The notes under the pieces were generated by a model, which was not told the DNA's origin, did not search any database, and saw only the letters and a list, made by a program, of their open reading frames with translations. Of a stretch of 64,000 nucleotides of DNA, positions 60,203 through 64,000 are shown piece after piece; the stretch's first letter is position 1, and every line of letters starts with the position of its first letter. A program made the position numbers and the translations under genes. The stretch comes from an uncultured Actinomycetes bacterium (GTDB lineage Bacteria; Actinomycetota; UBA4738; HRBIN12): the NCBI GenBank assembly GCA_963746995.1, contig CAVVDF010000006.1:15403-79402 (forward strand), read 5' to 3'.

Positions 60203-60253
60203 CTAGGCGATAAGTACGAGGACGCTGTGTCCGGTCACAGCCTTGTTCGACAT
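60203..60253 (-). CDS. ilvL: ilv operon leader peptide MSNKAVTGHSVLVLIA (16 aa), rich in Val/Leu/Ile regulatory codons
   Basis: ATG 60253 to TAG 60205-60203. The five consecutive branched-chain codons VLVLI sit immediately before the stop, which abuts attenuator region 1. A TTGACA -35 element, a 17-bp spacer and a cacact -10 lie just upstream at 60263-60291. Confidence 0.55.
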   Translation of the reverse strand: MSNKAVTGHSVLVLIA

Positions 60254-60301
60254 CGTTCAGACAGTGTGCGGCCCAACCGCCGAGGTGTCAACCTCGGGGC
60301 T

Positions 60302-62381
60302 TCACTGTGTCCCGCGCGAAGACTGCGGCGTGACGAAGAAGTCCTGGTGCATGCCCATCGCGTAGTGCCCGGGGAGGTTGCACACCACGGCGTCATGCCC
60401 CGGGGCGAGATCCAGGGTCAGCATCATCACCGCACCGGGCTCCATATCGCCGGTCTCCCCGACGTTGGTGACCCCCTTGGCGTCTTCGTCGATCCGGTTG
60501 GCCTCGCCCTCGAAGCTCACGATCGGGAATGCGGCGGCCGGGGTGTCGGTGGCGAGCACCACGAACTCATGCTTCTTCGCACCGTTGTTCGTCACGAGGA
60601 ACGAGACCTTGCCCTGGGGTGCGAAGGGTTGGGACAGATCGATCGCCATGTGGGTGGCGTCGGTCTCGGACAGCCCCACCTCGACGGGGGTGGCGCCGGT
60701 GGGCGTGACGAAGAAGTCCTGGTGCATGCCCATCGCGTAGTGCCCGGGGAGGTTGCACACCACGGCGTCATGCCCCGGGGCGAGATCCAGGGTCAGCATC
60801 ATCACCGCACCGGGCTCCATATCGCCGGTCTCCCCGACGTTGGTGACCCCCTTGGCGTCTTCGTCGATCCGGTTGGCCTCGCCCTCGAAGCTCACGATCG
60901 GGAATGCGGCGGCCGGGGTGTCGGTGGCGAGCACCACGAACTCATGCTTCTTCGCACCGTTGTTCGTCACGAGGAACGAGACCTTGCCCTGGGGTGCGAA
61001 GGGTTGGGACAGATCGATCGCCATGTGGGTGGCGTCGGTCTCGGACAGCCCCACCTCGACGGGGGTGGCGCCGGTGGGGCGTGACGAAGAAGTCCTGGTG
61101 CATGCCCATCGCGTAGTGCCCGGGGAGGTTGCACACCACGGCGTCATGCCCCGGGGCGAGATCCAGGGTCAGCATCATCACCGCACCGGGCTCCATATCG
61201 CCGGTCTCCCCGACGTTGGTGACCCCTTTGGCGTCTTCGTCGATCCGGTTGGGCCTCGCCCTCGAAGCTCACGATCGGGAATGCGGCGGCCGGGGTGTCG
61301 GTGGCGAGCACCACGAACTCATGCTTCTTCGGCACCGTTGTTCGTCACGAGGAACGAGACCTTGCCCTGGGGTGCGAAGGGTTGGGACAGATCGATCGCC
61401 ATGTGGGTGGCGTCGGTCTCGGACGAGCCCCACCTCGACGGGGGTGGCGCCGGTGGGGCGTGACGAAGAAGTCCTGGTGCATGCCCATCGCGTAGTGCCC
61501 GGGGAGGTTGCACACCACGGCGTCATGCCCCGGGGCGAGATCCAGGGTCAGCATCATCACCGCACCGGGCTCCATATCGCCGGTCTCCCCGACGTTGGTG
61601 ACCCCTTTGGCGTCTTCGTCGATCCGGTTGGGCCTCGCCCTCGAAGCTCACGATCGGGAATGCGGCGGCCGGGGTGTCGGTGGCGAGCACCACGAACTCA
61701 TGCTTCTTCGCACCGTTGTTCGTCACGAGGAACGAGACCTTGCCCTGGGGTGCGAAGGGTTGGGACAGATCGATCGCCATGTGGGTGGCGTCGGTCTCGG
61801 ACGAGCCCCACCTCGACGGGGGTGGCGCCGGTGGGCGTGACGAAGAAGTCCTGGTGCATGCCCATCGCGTAGTGCCCGGGGAGGTTGCACACCACGGCGT
61901 CATGCCCCGGGGCGAGATCCAGGGTCAGCATCATCACCGCACCGGGCTCCATATCGCCGGTCTCCCCGACGTTGGTGACCCCTTTGGCGTCTTCGTCGAT
62001 CCGGTTGGCCTCGCCCTCGAAGCTCACGATCGGGAATGCGGCGGCCGGGGTGTCGGTGGCGAGCACCACGAACTCATGCTTCTTCGCACCGTTGTTCGTC
62101 ACGAGGAACGAGACCTTGCCCTGGGGTGCGAAGGGTTGGGACAGATCGATCGCCATGTGGGTGGCGTCGGTCTCGGACAGCCCCACCTCGATCACCGGGA
62201 TCGGGGCGTCGTAGCCCTGGATCGGCGGCCCGCTCTGCGCCGCACCGCCGGTGTAGCCGGGGATCATGGCAACGGTCTCGCCACCGCCCTGGGTGTTGAC
62301 GGAGCAGCTCATCAGCAAGGCCACGATCCCCAGCACCAGCCACCCACGAGCGCGGAACCCGAGCTTCCCGATGCGCGTCAT
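60302..62381 (-). CDS. lipoprotein composed of five tandem, near-identical type-1 (blue) copper cupredoxin domains; the frame is interrupted by small indels in repeat copies 3 and 4
   Basis: AGGAGA RBS, then ATG 62379-62381, then lipobox LLMSCSVN. A 125-aa unit (...HMAIDL...AKKHEFVV...CNLPGHYAMGMHQDFFVTP) is repeated five times and carries the His/Cys/His/Met ligand pattern. The gene lies 9 bp downstream of the cytochrome c gene in the same orientation. Confidence 0.7.
60330..62190. repeat. tandem repeat of 5 x about 376 bp (periods 375, 376, 379, 376), more than 98% identical
   Basis: Unit starts (gtgacgaagaagtcctggtgcatgcccatcg) are at 60330, 60705, 61081, 61460 and 61836. The copies differ only by a few single-base indels or substitutions (ggttggcc vs ggttgggcc, gacagcccc vs gacgagcccc, cccttggc vs cctttggc). 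Confidence 0.9.
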
Positions 62382-62390
62382 CTCGATCTC

Positions 62391-62849
62391 CTATCCCCCG
62401 CTGGGCGTGCGCCAGTCGGGGCGCGCCGGCGCCGTGGCTTCCCAGGAGCGCATGTACACGACCATCGCTTGGATCTGCTCCTCGGTCAGCGGGCCGCCGT
62501 AGTCGCTCAGCCACGCAGGCATCTCGGTCCCCGGGATGCCGCCGCGCATGATGTCGCGGATCTGTGCGTCGGTGACCGTCGTCAGGAACTCCTGGGAGTT
62601 CAACGCGGGCGCGCTCACCCCTTCCCCTAGCGGGCCGTGACACACCGCGCAGTTCGCCGCCCACAATTGGGTGCCGGCGGCGATCTGTGCCTGCTCCTGT
62701 TCGGCGGTGGCATCGGCGCGGCGCGTGCCTTCCGTGAGCTTGTACAGCGGAAAGGACAACACCAGGATCAGGAGCAACCAGACGCCGGCGAGCTGCCACC
62801 GGCGTGTCGATCGAACGAGGGTCGGATCGTCGAGCGGGGGCGCGCTCAT
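62391..62849 (-). CDS. monoheme c-type cytochrome (membrane-anchored, class I)
   Basis: ATG 62849 overlaps the Rieske stop. An N-terminal TM helix, then heme-binding CAVCHG and a distal Met (GTEMPAW). 152 aa. Confidence 0.8.
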   Translation of the reverse strand: MSAPPLDDPTLVRSTRRWQLAGVWLLLILVLSFPLYKLTEGTRRADATAEQEQAQIAAGTQLWAANCAVCHGPLGEGVSAPALNSQEFLTTVTDAQIRDIMRGGIPGTEMPAWLSDYGGPLTEEQIQAMVVYMRSWEATAPARPDWRTPSGG

Positions 62850-63487
62850 GGCGTACCTCCCGACGGCGAGGCGTCCGGAGACGCGCTTCCCGGCGAGGGA
62901 GAGACGTCGCCGGGTGGCGCTGGCGTTGCCGCCGCCTCGCCCTCCACGGACGTGCACGACGGGCCGTTCGCCTCATTCGGGCCGGTCAGAACGCCCTTCG
63001 CGGGACCGGGAAGCACCGTGGCCGTGTCAACCAGGACGCGGCCATCCTCGCTGATCGTGATCTTGAAGCGATCCATCCCCCGTGGTGCCGGTCCTTGGAG
63101 GTACTCGCCGATCAGGTTGTAGAAGCTGCCGTGGCACGGGCACTCGAACTGACCCGAGCTGTCGCAGAAGGGCACCCGACAGCCCAGGTGCGGGCATTTC
63201 TGATACAGCGCACGAAGGCCGCCTTGGTACTGCGTGACGTAGAACCGCCCGCTCAGGAAATACTGAACGGTGCCTTCCTCCGCGTACTCGTCCACGGGAC
63301 CGGCGTCGATGACGGAGCCGGCCCCTTGGCTCGACCGAGGATTCAAGATGTCGTAGCTCGTCCAAGCCCCCTCGGCGATCAGCACGACACCGAGGGCCTT
63401 CCAGGTGGTATTCAGGAACCGTCGCCTGTCGATCTCCGGTCCGGTCTCTGTCGCCGACGGCTCGTCAACATCGTTGGGATCAGGCAT
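62846..63487 (-). CDS. qcrA: Rieske [2Fe-2S] iron-sulfur subunit of a cytochrome bc-type complex (Tat signal)
   Basis: RRRFL twin-arginine motif. The two cluster boxes are CPHLGC and CPCHGS. GGAG RBS. Confidence 0.85.
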   Translation of the reverse strand: MPDPNDVDEPSATETGPEIDRRRFLNTTWKALGVVLIAEGAWTSYDILNPRSSQGAGSVIDAGPVDEYAEEGTVQYFLSGRFYVTQYQGGLRALYQKCPHLGCRVPFCDSSGQFECPCHGSFYNLIGEYLQGPAPRGMDRFKITISEDGRVLVDTATVLPGPAKGVLTGPNEANGPSCTSVEGEAAATPAPPGDVSPSPGSASPDASPSGGTP

Positions 63488-63488
63488 C

Positions 63489-63998
63489 TCAGAACTCCGC
63501 GTACGAGTGCTGCCACGGTGGGACCCAGCTCCAGCCGGGGCCCCGGAAGAACGTGCCCACGACCGTCAGCACGAGCGCGAGCACGGCGACGATCGTGAAG
63601 ACGGTGACGACGAACGTCCGAGCGCGAACCCGGTGGTCCGTCCCTCGGTCGATGTACGGGAGCGCGAAGAGCCAGACGAGCGCTGCTCCCGGGATCAGGA
63701 TGCCCGCCACCATGGGGGCGAAGTGCGAGAGCAACTCCTGCAGCCCTGCGAAGTACCACGGGGCCTTCGCGACCTCAGGCGTTGCGTTCGGGTTGGCGAT
63801 CTCCTTCAGCGGCGCGTTAAACACGATCGCGAGGACGAACACCACAGCGATCGTCGCCGCCGCCACGACCACGTGGCGGACAAGAAGATGGGGCCACGTG
63901 AAGACCTCGTCCTGGGGCTCGAGCCGGTCCTTCTGTTCGACCTCCTTCTCGACGACACCGAGCAGTCGGTAGCGAGGCTCCTGGTCACTCGTGGGCAT
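63489..63998 (-). CDS. cytochrome b C-terminal domain protein (b6f subunit IV / PetD-like), indicating a split b6-type cytochrome b
   Basis: ATG 63998 (3 nt from the window end). [15 protein letters not shown] aligns with the PetD EPAWPNDLL region, and [13 protein letters not shown] is the PEWY-type quinol-site motif. Three TM helices. The cytochrome b6 partner is presumably upstream, outside the window. Confidence 0.7.
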   Translation of the reverse strand: MPTSDQEPRYRLLGVVEKEVEQKDRLEPQDEVFTWPHLLVRHVVVAAATIAVVFVLAIVFNAPLKEIANPNATPEVAKAPWYFAGLQELLSHFAPMVAGILIPGAALVWLFALPYIDRGTDHRVRARTFVVTVFTIVAVLALVLTVVGTFFRGPGWSWVPPWQHSYAEF

Positions 63999-64000
63999 CG

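Noticed and set aside
60279-60298. Hairpin ccgaggt-gtcaa-acctcgg just downstream of the poly-cupredoxin gene stop, considered as its terminator
   Set aside because: It has no U-run and overlaps the putative -35 of the ilv leader promoter. It may only be part of the promoter context. Listed under the attenuator finding instead.
1-64000. Mobile elements, CRISPR arrays, rRNA or tRNA genes, prophage or defence islands
   Set aside because: I found no transposase, integrase, recombinase, phage structural gene, direct-repeat/spacer array or rRNA-like stretch on either strand. The only substantial repeats are the 376-bp coding tandem array and the 12-bp EPSV repeats.

Overview
This is a 64-kb, roughly 70% GC chromosomal segment from a high-GC Gram-positive-like bacterium. 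That placement rests on F420-type luciferase-like oxidoreductase, a large NAD-GDH, PAP2 paralogues, IclR and qcr genes; a deep-branching actinobacterial or related lineage is plausible, and the split b6-type cytochrome b is unusual for classical Actinobacteria. Gene density is high and I found no rRNA, tRNA, CRISPR array, transposase or integrase.

Left to right, the window contains:
- a partial sulfatase;
- a secreted GH9 cellulase and a CE4 deacetylase;
- a PLP decarboxylase downstream of an array of four CGTCA-N6-TGACG palindromes;
- an NYN/OST-HTH protein, an F420-dependent LLM oxidoreductase, and three PAP2 phosphatase paralogues, one fused to a protein-kinase-like domain;
- ApbE, DUF1003 and a TMEM175-like channel;
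- an IclR regulator divergent from a histidinol-phosphatase-like gene and a peptide-type ABC importer (SBP plus two permeases, no ATPase);
- a PQQ sugar dehydrogenase, an APH-aminotransferase fusion and an M43 metalloprotease;
- PilT translationally coupled to a roughly 1200-aa STAND NTPase with a degenerate cyclase domain;
- a flotillin gene, a secreted EPSV-repeat protein and two convergent FAD oxidoreductases;
- a cupredoxin lipoprotein, an MBL hydrolase, a CAP-domain protein, a 1609-aa NAD-glutamate dehydrogenase, a homocysteine-methyltransferase/MTHFR fusion, OsmC, a DDAH-like gene, serC, VOC, a class-III aminotransferase and dacB;
- a branched-chain amino-acid operon on the minus strand (leader peptide and attenuator, ilvB, ilvN, ilvC, leuA, leuB, cimA);
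- at the right edge, a respiratory operon: PetD-like cytochrome b subunit IV, Rieske protein, monoheme cytochrome c and a lipoprotein built of five near-identical tandem cupredoxin domains.

The candidate novel system is that five-domain blue-copper lipoprotein, encoded by 5 x ~376-bp tandem DNA repeats and co-transcribed with the bc-type complex.

A second pervasive feature is more than 30 single-base frame breaks, clustered in particular genes. ilvB, ilvN, ilvC and leuA, the flotillin gene and both FAD oxidoreductases are hit, while long neighbours such as gdh, the STAND gene, leuB and cimA are intact. I cannot tell from sequence alone whether these are real pseudogenes or local indel errors.
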